From an uncultured delta proteobacterium (lineage in GTDB: Bacteria; Myxococcota_A; Polyangia; Fen-1088): DNA of 64,000 nucleotides. The notes beneath the pieces were generated by a model, which worked only from the letters and a program-made list of their open reading frames with translations, was not told where the DNA came from and did no database searches. The stretch spans positions 32,001 to 96,000 of the forward strand of contig CAVWIP010000017.1 of assembly GCA_963755125.1 (NCBI GenBank). Direction: 5' to 3'. This document shows positions 19,971-30,215 of the stretch, piece by piece. How positions within the stretch are numbered: position 1 is the first letter of the stretch; each line of letters starts with the position of its first letter. Made by a program: the position numbers and the translations under genes.

Positions 19971-20534
19971 CTACTTCTCCCTCTTCTTCATCGACCGCGC
20001 CAGCTTCACGGCCTCGGCAACACCCTTCTCCGCTGCGGTCTTCTTCACCTTGGCTCTGTCCGCGCCTGTGAGCGATTTCAAGGCAGCCAGGTACTGCCCT
20101 TGCAGCTTCCGCGCCCGCCTGACCTTTGGCGTGACCTTCTTCACCTTCTTTGCCGCCGCCGGCTTGGCCCCTGTCCCGTGAGTGACCTTGCCCGCCCGTC
20201 GCTCCTCCCGGTACTTCTTGATCTTGCTCTTGGCCACGTTCTTGTGGTCCTTGCAGACCATGCCGAAGACTGGTGCTGCCACGTTCTTGCAGCCGGGTAC
20301 TGGACAAAGGTGCTTTGGTGGCTTCTTCTTTTCCGCCGATTTTTTCACCGTCACATCCGCCGCAAGTGCCACAGCATGCTTGGGTGGCCTACCTGGTCCG
20401 CGTTTTTGCGGAATACCAAAGGCACCAGCAAGCGCAGCCTGGATTCGTTGAGCTACGGCTGCCTCAACGGTGGCAACGATCTGCTGGGTGAAGGTTTCGA
20501 TCTGAGCGGTGATGTGCGGGTCGGTGTGGGGCAT
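19971..20534 (-). CDS. Lys-rich histone-like DNA-binding protein with AT-hook-like motif and CxxxxC...CxxH finger
   Basis: AGGAG RBS; KRGPGRPPK; CPVPGC...VCKDH; very basic. Confidence 0.75.
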   Translation of the reverse strand: MPHTDPHITAQIETFTQQIVATVEAAVAQRIQAALAGAFGIPQKRGPGRPPKHAVALAADVTVKKSAEKKKPPKHLCPVPGCKNVAAPVFGMVCKDHKNVAKSKIKKYREERRAGKVTHGTGAKPAAAKKVKKVTPKVRRARKLQGQYLAALKSLTGADRAKVKKTAAEKGVAEAVKLARSMKKREK

Positions 20535-20563
20535 GAGGTCTCCTGGTTGTTTCTTGCCCGCCA

Positions 20564-20620
20564 TCGTATGGGCTGCCGGGGAAATGGGCAACCAGATCGA
20601 AGTGGCCGGGGATGAAGGGG
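20564..20620 (-). promoter_or_regulatory. Repeat family B, copy 1, containing a sigma70-like promoter (TTGCCC-N18-TACGAT)
   Basis: Upstream of the histone-like gene; near-identical copy at 23204-23262 and partial copy near 19930-19950. Confidence 0.55.
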
Positions 20621-20847
20621 TCTGGCTACGCCACCGCGTTTGAGTTGGCCATCTCCGCGTGAGAATCGGGCTGGTAGGCCGGAACAAGACGGGGCTCAGA
20701 CATAGAGCCGCTGCTGAATCGAATTGACGAGCAGTAGCCGCCTAGTCCGCAGTCTCCGTTGATGTGACGATTGCTTCCCGTCACATAGGAACCTGGGATG
20801 GTTCCTTGATCGTCAAGAACCACCCTGGCTCGTTGCGCTAGTCTCGC

Positions 20848-22833
20848 CTAGGTCTTACCAGTGGCGGTCATGCCTCCAGTTGCCTTGGTTCCGCCCATGG
20901 CTGAGGTGCCGCCGGTGGCGGTCGTGCCTCCCGTTGCATGGCTTCCGCCCATGCCCATCGAACCGCCCGAACTCGTTACGCCACCCGTGGCTGAGGTGCC
21001 ACCGGCGGATGTCGCGCCTCCAGTTGCATTACTTCCACTCGTGCTCGTCGAACCGCCGGAGCTAGTTGCGCCGCCCGAGGCCGAGGTGCCGCCAGTGGAT
21101 GTTGTGCCTCCAGTTGCGTTAGTTCCACCCGTGCTCGTCGTGCCACCCGCACCTGTTGTGCCACCGGTGGATGTCGTGCCGCTGCTCGCGAGCTTGTATA
21201 CCTCGCTGCCTGCCAGCAGGAAGCACCCAACCCCGTAGTCGTCGAAGTCGGCGAGCATGGTTGGACCTAGACGTCCAGGGTCTTGTGGGTTTTCGGTGCA
21301 GGGCAGAGCGCCCGTGGCCTGCACGTACCCGAGCAGGCCATCCGACTGAAGGGCGATGGTGGAAAGGCCGTTCCAGGCGCTCTGCAGGGCTGGGCCGTAG
21401 GTCGCAACGTCAAGAAATCCCTTGCGAATGCCCCAGGCTAGACCGTAGGTAAAGAGCGCCGTTCCGCTGGTTTCTGGACCATCGTCGCCGGTCAGGCCGA
21501 TGCTTGCGCACTGGGTGGGATCGAAAAGACTCTCATTCCAAAAACCGTCGCTGCGCTGGAGGGGCACCAGCGCCTTGGCAATGGCCTGGAAGTCCGAGAC
21601 GTACGTGGCCCGATGGGCATCGGTGGTCGGCAGGATGTCGAGAACCCGCGTCAGAGCTGCGAAGACCCAGCCGTTTCCACGCGACCAGTAAATGCTCTTT
21701 CCGTTCGGGGCCACGATGTAGGCATCGGTGGTTTGCGCCGGTAAGCTCGACATCAGGCTTGCGGTTATCGTCAACTCGGAGCAGTAATCGAGGCCGGCAT
21801 CGGCGTTGCCGTCGACGCTGCCATCGACACTGGCATCAATACTGCCGTCGACGCTGCTTGCAACGCCGGCATCGGGGCTGCATTCGCCGGCTTCACTGTC
21901 CAGGGTTGGCGTGTAGTGCAAATCGCGCCACCAGAGCCCATCGGCGGCGTTAAATAAGCCTCCGCCTTCGCTCATGCGAGCGTCATTGTAGAGGGCCCAC
22001 ATGGCATCGAAGTAGCCGCCATTGGGGTACAGAACCCCCAACTTCGCGAACACGGGCATGGACATCTGGATGGCGTCGATCCACCACCACACATTCGCGG
22101 TCCCGTTCGACACCATGGCGTCGATGCTTGCCTTGATTGCCTGGATGCGGACCGGCTGCGGATCGATGTTGTAGAGATCGATGTAGGTCTGGCCGCAAGC
22201 CTGATTGTTCGCGTCGGTCGACGTAACACCTGCCGCTGTGTTTGCCAGGAGCCAAGGATGCGTCGGGCTCGCACCCCATGTGACGGCGTAGTTGTAGTAG
22301 GTCTGCTGGTTCGTCGTGTCGGGGTCCACGTTGTAGAGCCCCATGAGTCCTTCGTAGTACGCAGCCCGAGTCCAGAGATTGCTGGGCCTAGTCTTGTTCG
22401 TGACGATGTCCGCAGTGGGATCGGGATGTTTCGTCATGAACCAGGTATTCGCTCGCTGCATGTTTTCCAGCACTGACGAGTTAGCCGGCAAGCCCGTGAG
22501 TGTTGTCACCCCACCGGAACTGGTCGCGCCACCCGAACCTCCGCCGGTTGTGGTGGAACCACCCGACATCGTTGCTCCACCTGAACTGCTCACACCACCT
22601 GAGCTGGTTGTCGAACCACCGGTCACGATAGTTGAGCCACCGGTACTCGATCCTGCGGTACTCGTGCCGCCGGCACCGATACCACCGGTGCCTCCGTGCG
22701 AGCTGGCGGACGCCGTGCCCCCGTTATGTCCCGCAGTGTTCGTGCTCGATGAACTTGAGCATGCCGCGAACGTGACGGCGGCAGACAGAAGAAACGCACA
22801 ACGCCAGTAGAATCGAAAACAGTTGGTGCTCAT
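20848..22833 (-). CDS. Glycoside hydrolase family 88/105 lipoprotein with Gly/Thr/Ser linkers
   Basis: Lipobox FAAC; WWWIDAIQM, YWSRGNGWVFAAL, ETSGTALFTYG, YGVGCFLLAGSE. Confidence 0.88.
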   Translation of the reverse strand: MSTNCFRFYWRCAFLLSAAVTFAACSSSSSTNTAGHNGGTASASSHGGTGGIGAGGTSTAGSSTGGSTIVTGGSTTSSGGVSSSGGATMSGGSTTTGGGSGGATSSGGVTTLTGLPANSSVLENMQRANTWFMTKHPDPTADIVTNKTRPSNLWTRAAYYEGLMGLYNVDPDTTNQQTYYNYAVTWGASPTHPWLLANTAAGVTSTDANNQACGQTYIDLYNIDPQPVRIQAIKASIDAMVSNGTANVWWWIDAIQMSMPVFAKLGVLYPNGGYFDAMWALYNDARMSEGGGLFNAADGLWWRDLHYTPTLDSEAGECSPDAGVASSVDGSIDASVDGSVDGNADAGLDYCSELTITASLMSSLPAQTTDAYIVAPNGKSIYWSRGNGWVFAALTRVLDILPTTDAHRATYVSDFQAIAKALVPLQRSDGFWNESLFDPTQCASIGLTGDDGPETSGTALFTYGLAWGIRKGFLDVATYGPALQSAWNGLSTIALQSDGLLGYVQATGALPCTENPQDPGRLGPTMLADFDDYGVGCFLLAGSEVYKLASSGTTSTGGTTGAGGTTSTGGTNATGGTTSTGGTSASGGATSSGGSTSTSGSNATGGATSAGGTSATGGVTSSGGSMGMGGSHATGGTTATGGTSAMGGTKATGGMTATGKT

Positions 22834-23203
22834 GAGTCCTCATCTCCTCGGCAGCGCCAATCTCGCGCTGCTCACTTCAGTTGTCTCTCGGTCCAGGATT
22901 CGTAGGGTGAAACAACATCAGCGCACGCCGCTCAGAATGCCTCAGCGTGACACCGCGGGTATGCATATAGCTAGATCGGAAACGTGGCAAGTGGAATCTT
23001 GGCAGACGAGCTTTTGCGCTCTCGGAGGCTGGCCCCTTGGAGAATTGAAGTGGCGGGGGGCAGTAGCCGTTTCTTGGGGAAGCAAGATGGCGACCTGCCT
23101 GCCTTCCTGACAAGGGCGCGCGCTTTCTCGGGTCCGAGGGTCATGTCCACTGGGTAGCTGCGGCGTTTCGAGTGCGTCTGTGTCCTTGTCTTCCTGCCCG
23201 GCA

Positions 23204-23262
23204 ATCGGATGGGCTGCGGGGAAAATGGGCAACCAGATCGAAGTGGCGGGGGATGAAGGGGG
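23204..23262 (-). repeat. Repeat family B, copy 2
   Basis: ATCGGATGGGCTGCGGGGAAAATGGGCAACCAGATCGAAGTGGCGGGGGATGAAGGGG matches 20564-20620. Confidence 0.75.
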
Positions 23263-23325
23263 CTCCGGTCACGCCCGATGCCACCCTGTCACCGGGTAGG
23301 ACGCTAGTCCTGTTGAACCCTGCCT

Positions 23326-24057
23326 TCAGATTTCCACCACGAGCCGGTCCAGGAACTCGGGATTGGGCTCCTCGCCCATGTACCCGAACGGATTGCACAG
23401 CACCGTGGTCTCTCCGATCTGAGTGCGCATGGATGCATGTGAGTGCCCATGCAGCCAGAGCCTTGGCCGGCGTTCTAGTATCAGCTCCGTGAGGTCGCAC
23501 ACGAAGAACGGGTTGAGCAGGCTTCCCGCGAATCTAGGTGCGACACAACGCTGTGACGGCAGGTGGTGAGTCACGACGATGTCGCCGGGGCGCAACTGCT
23601 GATCGAGGAAGGCGACAGCCCTGGCGTTCTCCTCGTACACCCAGGACTCGAAGTCCTTGATGACGGAGAAATCGCTCAACAAGTGCTTGAGTCCTTCATT
23701 GATGGTGGAGCGCGGGAACCACAGCGGTACCCCCAGGAAGTTGAACCCGAGAAGTTCGGTGCCCGAGGCATCAAGCCAGATAAGATTGGGGTTCTCGGCC
23801 TGCGCCTGCCGGGTGAGGTCGAGCACGCTACTGCGGTTCGTCCTGTAAAATTCGTGGTTGCCGTGAACGTACACGACGGAGGCGTCACGGAATCTCCGGC
23901 ACAGCAGCGCGAGTGCCGCGGGGATGCCATCCGCAACGGCGACATCGCCGGCAAGCACCAGCACGTCGACACCAGATGGGTCGAGCGACTCAACGAAGGA
24001 GCGCCCACCGTCCCGGTGAAACTCGAAGTGCAGGTCGGAGAGGAGTTGGAGGCGCAT
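23326..24057 (-). CDS. Metallophosphoesterase (calcineurin-like)
   Basis: SDLHFE, LAGD, GNHEFY, THHLPS, HGHSH motifs. Confidence 0.92.
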   Translation of the reverse strand: MRLQLLSDLHFEFHRDGGRSFVESLDPSGVDVLVLAGDVAVADGIPAALALLCRRFRDASVVYVHGNHEFYRTNRSSVLDLTRQAQAENPNLIWLDASGTELLGFNFLGVPLWFPRSTINEGLKHLLSDFSVIKDFESWVYEENARAVAFLDQQLRPGDIVVTHHLPSQRCVAPRFAGSLLNPFFVCDLTELILERRPRLWLHGHSHASMRTQIGETTVLCNPFGYMGEEPNPEFLDRLVVEI

Positions 24058-24102
24058 ACAGGTCCATCCCAGGGTAGCATGCGTCCCTGACGAGCTTTCA
24101 GA

Positions 24103-25002
24103 ATGACTACCCAGGCCCACCTTCCCCGTCAGGCCGCACCAAACGACGACGAACCTGCCCGTCAGGCAGCAATCGAGCGCTACCTACGCACCGGCAAGTA
24201 CGAGACCACTTCTCCCGCCTGGCCGGGTAACGCCTGGGAGCGCGAGGTCCGTGCACACGACGACATGATCCGGGCTCTGGTGGCCGAGGTGAACAAGCTC
24301 GCAGCTGGGCACGAAATTCCATCTGCTTCGCTTCCCGCCGACTTGGTGGCGTTCACACGCAAGAAGGTGGAGCCCATGGCGCGTGGGCTGTTCCGGCGTG
24401 ACGAGCAGGAGGCTGTGCTGGCGGTTCTGGAGAAGTCGGTGGTGTTCTTGACCCCCGCGAACATCGACCAGGTGCTGCTCCAGTGCAGCTGGCTGCACAC
24501 GGCATGGTCCCTGGCGAACCTGTATCTGGACAGCATGGGCGCGTCCCTGCTGGGACCGGATGCTGACAAGATCGTGGGCCTGAGCGAGGAGACCACCTGC
24601 TTCGTGTCCCTCAAGTATTTCAAGATGGAGGACCCGTTCGCGGACTTCGTCGTCCACGAGGCTGCGCACATCTTCCACAACTGCAAGCGGCGCACGATAG
24701 GGCTGGCGGAAACAAAAAGGCAGGAATGGCTGTTGGATATCGAGTACCGGAAGCGCGAGACTTTTGCCTACGCCTGCGAGGCGTACGCACGCATCCTGGA
24801 ACGCGCACCCAAGCCACAAGATCGCCCGGCCCTTGCCACCGAGTACGCAAGCAAGGTGCGCGTGTCAGGTGAGCGTGTGGACACGGTCGAAGTGAACAGC
24901 ATCTTGGCTGATGCGTGCGCGGCAAGAAACGGGTGGAAGATCATCCTGGGCAGGTGCGCACCGGAGAAGAGCAGGACCATTTCCATGCCGCCTCAGATCT
25001 AA
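24103..25002 (+). CDS. Hypothetical protein with HExxH motif
   Basis: 299-aa ORF with strong GC3 codon bias; VVHEAAHIFH...RETFA suggests a zincin-like fold. Confidence 0.7.
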   Translation: MTTQAHLPRQAAPNDDEPARQAAIERYLRTGKYETTSPAWPGNAWEREVRAHDDMIRALVAEVNKLAAGHEIPSASLPADLVAFTRKKVEPMARGLFRRDEQEAVLAVLEKSVVFLTPANIDQVLLQCSWLHTAWSLANLYLDSMGASLLGPDADKIVGLSEETTCFVSLKYFKMEDPFADFVVHEAAHIFHNCKRRTIGLAETKRQEWLLDIEYRKRETFAYACEAYARILERAPKPQDRPALATEYASKVRVSGERVDTVEVNSILADACAARNGWKIILGRCAPEKSRTISMPPQI

Positions 25003-25018
25003 TGATGGGCAGTCGTCC

Positions 25019-25085
25019 AGTTAGCTATCGCGCTGCAAAATGAGGGCGGCCCCACGAACCTGGGTCATGCATACCAGGGGGTGGA
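25019..25085 (+). repeat. Repeat family C, copy 1
   Basis: AGTTAGCTAT...GGCGGCCCC..AACCTGGGTCA.GC.TA..AGGGGGT; second copy at 32252-32320. Confidence 0.65.
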
Positions 25086-25120
25086 TATGTTGATGTCTTT
25101 GCCGGCCATCGTCCATGCAG

Positions 25121-25783
25121 CTATAACGGCGGGAATAGGCAGCTTTGGGTACAAGACACTGAACAATTTGGCTCATTCCCGGGGTTCCCTTGGGAATCCA
25201 AGCACACGCCGTTCAGTGGACCGAGGTCGCACTGCTCGTCATATTGCGAGTCGAGAATGCCATCACCGCAGCAGGGTATCCTTCCCGCATCCCTGCCGTC
25301 GGCCGATGCGCCCTCTGGCTCGATAAGCCCCCCATCTGACGAAATGCCACTGCAGACACTCCCATAGTGAATCGCAGGGTTAAGGCATGTGATGAACCGC
25401 GTACACAGATACTTGGTGTAACAGAGACTGGGGTCCTCCACACAGGTCTGATCCCCCTGCGGCATCTGGATATCGCCCGGATTGCAGGACAGTGTATCGT
25501 CACAATGCTTACCGTTAGGCAACATGCACAGTGTGGAGCCACAGGAGTATCCCACATCAGGGAGGTTCGTTGGGGAATAGCACTCGCGGTATGTTGGACA
25601 GACCTCGGAGTAGTCTGATTCCTGCCCCGAGGTTAGCGTCTGGTCGCCTGGGTTGCAGTTACATAACGAACCACATGGTCCTAGGCCACAAGACTCTGTG
25701 CTGCATGCCGCCAGGGTGATGGTGAGTGCCAGGCCCATGCCGGCTACGAGGAGAGCTGTCACAGTTCCTGGCATCTTGAACAT
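25121..25783 (-). CDS. Cys-rich lipoprotein (CNPGD modules)
   Basis: Lipobox LAAC; paralogous to 25817-26965; CGDG...EQCD tail. Confidence 0.8.
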   Translation of the reverse strand: MFKMPGTVTALLVAGMGLALTITLAACSTESCGLGPCGSLCNCNPGDQTLTSGQESDYSEVCPTYRECYSPTNLPDVGYSCGSTLCMLPNGKHCDDTLSCNPGDIQMPQGDQTCVEDPSLCYTKYLCTRFITCLNPAIHYGSVCSGISSDGGLIEPEGASADGRDAGRIPCCGDGILDSQYDEQCDLGPLNGVCLDSQGNPGNEPNCSVSCTQSCLFPPL

Positions 25784-25816
25784 TGGGTTTCGTTCACGCC
25801 CACTTATTGAAGGCGA

Positions 25817-26965
25817 TCAATTTTGGCAGACAGAGCAAACGGAAGCATCTCCGCAATGGGTGTTGGTTACGCAGGATGCTCCAGCGTTGCAGTCGTCGTT
25901 GAAGCGACAGGCTCCTCCTACAGGGGCACCTATTGGTCCATCGCAAAGATAGTAGTTGTAGCCGACGTCGCCTCCGCCGAAAATCATGATCGGCCCACAG
26001 ATAAGACCACCAGCACAGCTGCCTCCTTGCTGGGGCGGTGTGCACTGGGTGTAGCACCAGCCGTCGCCACGGGGCTCGCAAGAGGAATAGGAGCAAAGGG
26101 GCGGGCCGGCAACGCAAGGGCACATCTCGCCAAAATTTAGAACTTCGCCGGGAAGACACGGTTGGGGGTGAGGAGCGCCCACACGCGGAGAACTGCTATC
26201 AGGTTCCGGCTTGCCACTCGCATCCACACCGGCATCTGCCCCAAATCTGCATACAATGGTTTGCGTACACAGCTTGCTCTCATAACACGGACTGGGGTAC
26301 CCCACGCAAGACTGATCCCACTGCGGTATCTGTGTATCGCCAGGATTGCATGATAGAGAATCGTTGCAATGCACACCCTGGGGCAATACGCACAGTATGG
26401 AGCCACAGTTGTCTCCCAAGGAGTAGCACTCGCGTTCCGCTGGGCAATCGGACAGGTCGGTGTACTCTGATCCAGGCGCGAAGCCCACCTGCTGGTCCCC
26501 TGGGTTGCACCCAGGAATCGCCCCACACATGCCGCCTTGGCTGAGTGGAGAATCGGTGGCGTCCCCTTGGCCACCAGTTCCACTATTCCCGTTTGATCTG
26601 CCGGCATCCGAAGCACTCATGCGCCCACCAGCATCTGCCCCATATATTCCACCAGCACCAGCAGCACCTGTGCTGGCACCTGCTGCTCCACCCTGACCAC
26701 CAGTACCACCTGTGTTGACACCCCCGGTTCCACCTGGACCAATCATGCCAGCAGTACCACCTACGCCGCTACCTCCTGCTCCACTTGGACCAATCGTTCC
26801 TCCTGAGCCTCCGGTTATCCCGCTGATGGTGCTGTTGCCTACCTGGCCTCCGCTTCCAACTCCTGCATCACCGGCTCTGCTCTTGAGTCCGGAGCTGCTG
26901 CATGCGGGTCCCACCATCAGGCCGGCTACGAGGATGACTGTCACCGCCGTTGGCATCTTGAACAT
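25817..26965 (-). CDS. Cys-rich lipoprotein with Gly-rich linker (CNPGD modules)
   Basis: MFKMP signal shared with its neighbour; two CNPGD modules. Confidence 0.82.
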   Translation of the reverse strand: MFKMPTAVTVILVAGLMVGPACSSSGLKSRAGDAGVGSGGQVGNSTISGITGGSGGTIGPSGAGGSGVGGTAGMIGPGGTGGVNTGGTGGQGGAAGASTGAAGAGGIYGADAGGRMSASDAGRSNGNSGTGGQGDATDSPLSQGGMCGAIPGCNPGDQQVGFAPGSEYTDLSDCPAERECYSLGDNCGSILCVLPQGVHCNDSLSCNPGDTQIPQWDQSCVGYPSPCYESKLCTQTIVCRFGADAGVDASGKPEPDSSSPRVGAPHPQPCLPGEVLNFGEMCPCVAGPPLCSYSSCEPRGDGWCYTQCTPPQQGGSCAGGLICGPIMIFGGGDVGYNYYLCDGPIGAPVGGACRFNDDCNAGASCVTNTHCGDASVCSVCQN

Positions 26966-27013
26966 ATGGTCCTCCGTGTGCTCGTCCGGTGAGTGCCAAG
27001 CTGGATCGTCGGG

Positions 27014-27490
27014 TCAGTGCAACAGGATGCAGTCACGGTAGCGTTCGAAATCGTCTTGGTCGTGGCAGATGCGCCGGGCCTCGCCAGACGAAGAGCGCAG
27101 GCGGCGGTCGTAATAGTCTTCCGTTTTTGGTGATTGCGGCTTAGGCAGGCTTGCAACATCCTTTGGGTCCGGGTCCCACTTCGGCGGGTCTGGCTCGCGC
27201 ATGCACGCCGTGACCACCCCCCTCGATGAGATGATGCACAGGTAGCGGGCCCTGTGCCCGCAAGCCTCGATGTCATAGAGGTTGTCTGAAATGTCGGCCC
27301 TCTCGATCAGGCCGATCTTTTCTTCCGGACAGGAGAATTCCCGCGAAGCTCTTCGAATCGCACTATCCCCGGTCGTTGCGCAGCCCACCCCGAAGAACAG
27401 GACGAGGACACCAATTCTGACGATGGACGAGTGCGCGCCTCGAACCGAAGGGCTTTCTTCCCGGTGGCTGCTGTTCGAGGAAACTATCAT
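27014..27490 (-). CDS. Small lipoprotein, hypothetical
   Basis: VLFFGVGC lipobox; RASREFSCP...ACGHRARYLC. Confidence 0.6.
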   Translation of the reverse strand: MIVSSNSSHREESPSVRGAHSSIVRIGVLVLFFGVGCATTGDSAIRRASREFSCPEEKIGLIERADISDNLYDIEACGHRARYLCIISSRGVVTACMREPDPPKWDPDPKDVASLPKPQSPKTEDYYDRRLRSSSGEARRICHDQDDFERYRDCILLH

Positions 27491-27846
27491 GCGACACCGT
27501 GCCCGAAATCACCCATCGACACGGGCAACTCTACTTCCCGTGCTGTCCTCTTGAGGAAGCTCTCGATGCGCTGCCGGACAGCCTGTTCCTTCATGACCCC
27601 GGGGAACATGGTACCGCTTTTCGGGTGCACGGGATGCAATATGAGATCCAGGGGGATTCCTGAGCATCCGAAAAGCGGCAGACAGCCCCGGTTGATGCGT
27701 CTTGGGACGCTATGTCAAAGCCGACACCAGCTTGGTGTGCTGACCATGTTGGGGAACTCGATCATCTTCCTGACGTCGGTCGACATCGACCACAGGGTGT
27801 GCATCACCCATCGTCTGCCCCTTCAGCTCTCCCGTTGGTCGATGGC

Positions 27847-28125
27847 CTACGAGTTGAGCGCTTTGGTCAGCACCAGGCTGGCCTTGAAGGTCAACACGCG
27901 GCGGGCGCTGATTGTGATCTCTTTTCCGGTATGCGGGTTGCGACCGGGGCGTGCCTTCTTGTCCCGGACCACGAAGTTGCCGAAGCCTGAAATCTTGATC
28001 TTCTCGTTCTTTTCCAAGGTCTTCTTCACCGTCTCGAACACCGTCTCGACGATAGCTATGGCCTCCTTTTTCGAGAATCCGCCGTCCTTCGCGTAGACGG
28101 CGTCGGCTATGTCCGCCTTGGTCAT
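27847..28125 (-). CDS. ihfA: Integration host factor alpha-like protein
   Basis: MTKADIAD...IKISGFGNFVVRDKKARPGRNPHTGKEITISARRVLTFKAS. Confidence 0.9.
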   Translation of the reverse strand: MTKADIADAVYAKDGGFSKKEAIAIVETVFETVKKTLEKNEKIKISGFGNFVVRDKKARPGRNPHTGKEITISARRVLTFKASLVLTKALNS

Positions 28126-28301
28126 GTGACTACGTTCGCCAGAAATCCCGTCGGTGTCAAAGGGTTGAGCAGGCTGGCCATGCGGACATTTGCGTCAGCG
28201 AGGATGCGCTGGGAAGGCGTTTAGATCGCTGTTGGCGAGGGCGATGCCGTAGAAACAATTTGGTCTGATTGCAGCCGAGGAATTCCTCCGACTCCTGCGG
28301 A

Positions 28302-29747
28302 TCAGAACGTCACGGCATTTTGGAAGCTTGTCAGGGCCGCTCCATTCAGGCGCATCTGATATTCTTCCGTGTAGGTCAAGATCGGGTATGCCCCTGGTGC
28401 TGCGTATGGATTGCCCCCTGCTACGGTACCATCCTTAATCACCTCGCCAAGGTAGACATTGCCATTGAGGTCGTAGAATGTGATGTAGGAAGGGGTTGTC
28501 CTCGGTGATGGACGAGGATCGGTCGCTACATAGGTATTTACCCCGTTAATCATTGAAACACTACCCAGGGCCATCGTGTAAGTTGTGCTGTCGCTGCCAA
28601 CCAAAATGCCCCCAGCATTCATGAGTGCGGCAATCGTGGTGCCAGTGGCAACGGGTTTGGGGGTGCTGCCAGATGCAGCTTGTATTGAAGAATAGTCGAA
28701 CACAAAATAGGTGTCCCCAATCTCGGTTGAGGTAAATTTCATATAGGACGCGCCTGCCGCCCAGGTTGCACCAGGGGCGAGCAGGGGTGTCGTATTGTAG
28801 AACAGTGGACTAAAGTAATTGACCAAATCCGAGAAGGAACTGGATGCTACATTCCCAGTTAGCGGAACCACGGAGTAACCAGAGTTGATGTAGCTGTTGA
28901 CGATTGTGGTACCAGTCGCGTCAAGAATGTCGGTTCGGACGCCCCCGGAGATTCCTTCAACAACACCCGCTGGATAGGTGACATTTCTGATCCACGCAGG
29001 GCCTGAGCTGACCACGATCTTACCACCAACAAGGTAACGATCTGGCGCATAGCCGCTGGGGATAGGGATCTTTGCGATATCAACTAAAGCCGTATCGGTA
29101 ACTTTTTGAGTGCCAGTCGACGGTGACGCAGTCAATTGAGCAGAGTTTTGGGCAAAATAGTTCGTGCCCGATACTGGAATTCCAGTGTAAGGCAGGGAGT
29201 AGTAGCATTCATAGGAAGCGTTGGGAGCCATCGTGAAACTCTCATACGTGGCTTGGTCCTGACTTAGGGCAGGAGGAGCGCCGGAAGAGCCGCCACCGCT
29301 TGTCGTGCCGCCAGCGTCAGACTCGCCTCCTATGCCAGAAGTGCCGCCTGTGCCGCCGCCACCCGAGCCACCGATGGGTGCATCCGGCTGAGTGGCAGGG
29401 GCGTCTGGCACCCCGGCATCGCCGCCGCCGCCAACGGCTGTTGCGCCACCGACAACTGTCGTTGCGCCAGAGGCTGCACTGCCGCCCTGCGGCGCAATAC
29501 CACCGGATGCCGTGATTCCGCCGACAATCGTACTGCTGCTGACAACCGTAGTTCCACCACTTGGCGCAGTACTTCCACCCTGCGCGCTGATTCCGCCAGC
29601 GCCGCCGCCGGAAAGAGTCGTTGACCCGCCGGAGTTACTCGGACTTGTCTTTGTGCTCGAGCTGCAACCGCTGGCCAGCGTTGCAAGAGAGATCCCAAAA
29701 GCTCCGATGAAACACAACCTGAAACGATTGGGTCGGTCCGCGTTCAT
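28302..29747 (-). CDS. Lipoprotein with Gly-rich linker and lower-GC unknown C-terminal domain
   Basis: AGGAG RBS; LASGC lipobox; N-terminus shared with 34084-35646. Confidence 0.78.
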   Translation of the reverse strand: MNADRPNRFRLCFIGAFGISLATLASGCSSSTKTSPSNSGGSTTLSGGGAGGISAQGGSTAPSGGTTVVSSSTIVGGITASGGIAPQGGSAASGATTVVGGATAVGGGGDAGVPDAPATQPDAPIGGSGGGGTGGTSGIGGESDAGGTTSGGGSSGAPPALSQDQATYESFTMAPNASYECYYSLPYTGIPVSGTNYFAQNSAQLTASPSTGTQKVTDTALVDIAKIPIPSGYAPDRYLVGGKIVVSSGPAWIRNVTYPAGVVEGISGGVRTDILDATGTTIVNSYINSGYSVVPLTGNVASSSFSDLVNYFSPLFYNTTPLLAPGATWAAGASYMKFTSTEIGDTYFVFDYSSIQAASGSTPKPVATGTTIAALMNAGGILVGSDSTTYTMALGSVSMINGVNTYVATDPRPSPRTTPSYITFYDLNGNVYLGEVIKDGTVAGGNPYAAPGAYPILTYTEEYQMRLNGAALTSFQNAVTF

Positions 29748-30053
29748 GATGTTCGCTCCTAGTCTATGGGCGGTCTGAGGTTGAAACAGGCAGAAATCAG
29801 TCACCTGCTCGACGGGGAGAGAGAGTGTACAGCTTTTCTGGTGCATGGGGTGTCAGAAAGATCGCTGGGGATTTCAGGTCACCTGGGAAGATGCACATGC
29901 GCACCCGGCCAAGGCAGCGGAAGGGACTTCTTCGTCATCGGGATCCTCCCGACCAAGAATCGCAATATCGTACGCCTTGCGCAACCGCATGCGACGGTGG
30001 AATGCGCCTCAAGAGCCACAGCCGCATGGGACCTGTGTCCGGCCCGCCGTCCA

Positions 30054-30215
30054 TCAGCGCCGCTTGGGAGCATCACCGAACCGGGATACAATCATTCCCA
30101 TCCCGGCAACAATGCCGACGGCGGCATCAAGCGCGATGAGCGCGCCCTTGACCGTGTTCCCGGCGGGGTTGAGCACGAGGTTGTTGGCTCCTGCCAAGTT
30201 CGCACGTGACAGGTT
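30054..30215 (-). pseudogene. C-terminal remnant of a pentapeptide-repeat protein
   Basis: LSRANLAGANNLVLNPAGNTVKGALIALDAAVGIVAGMGMIV resembles the typical C-terminal cap of such proteins. Confidence 0.35.
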
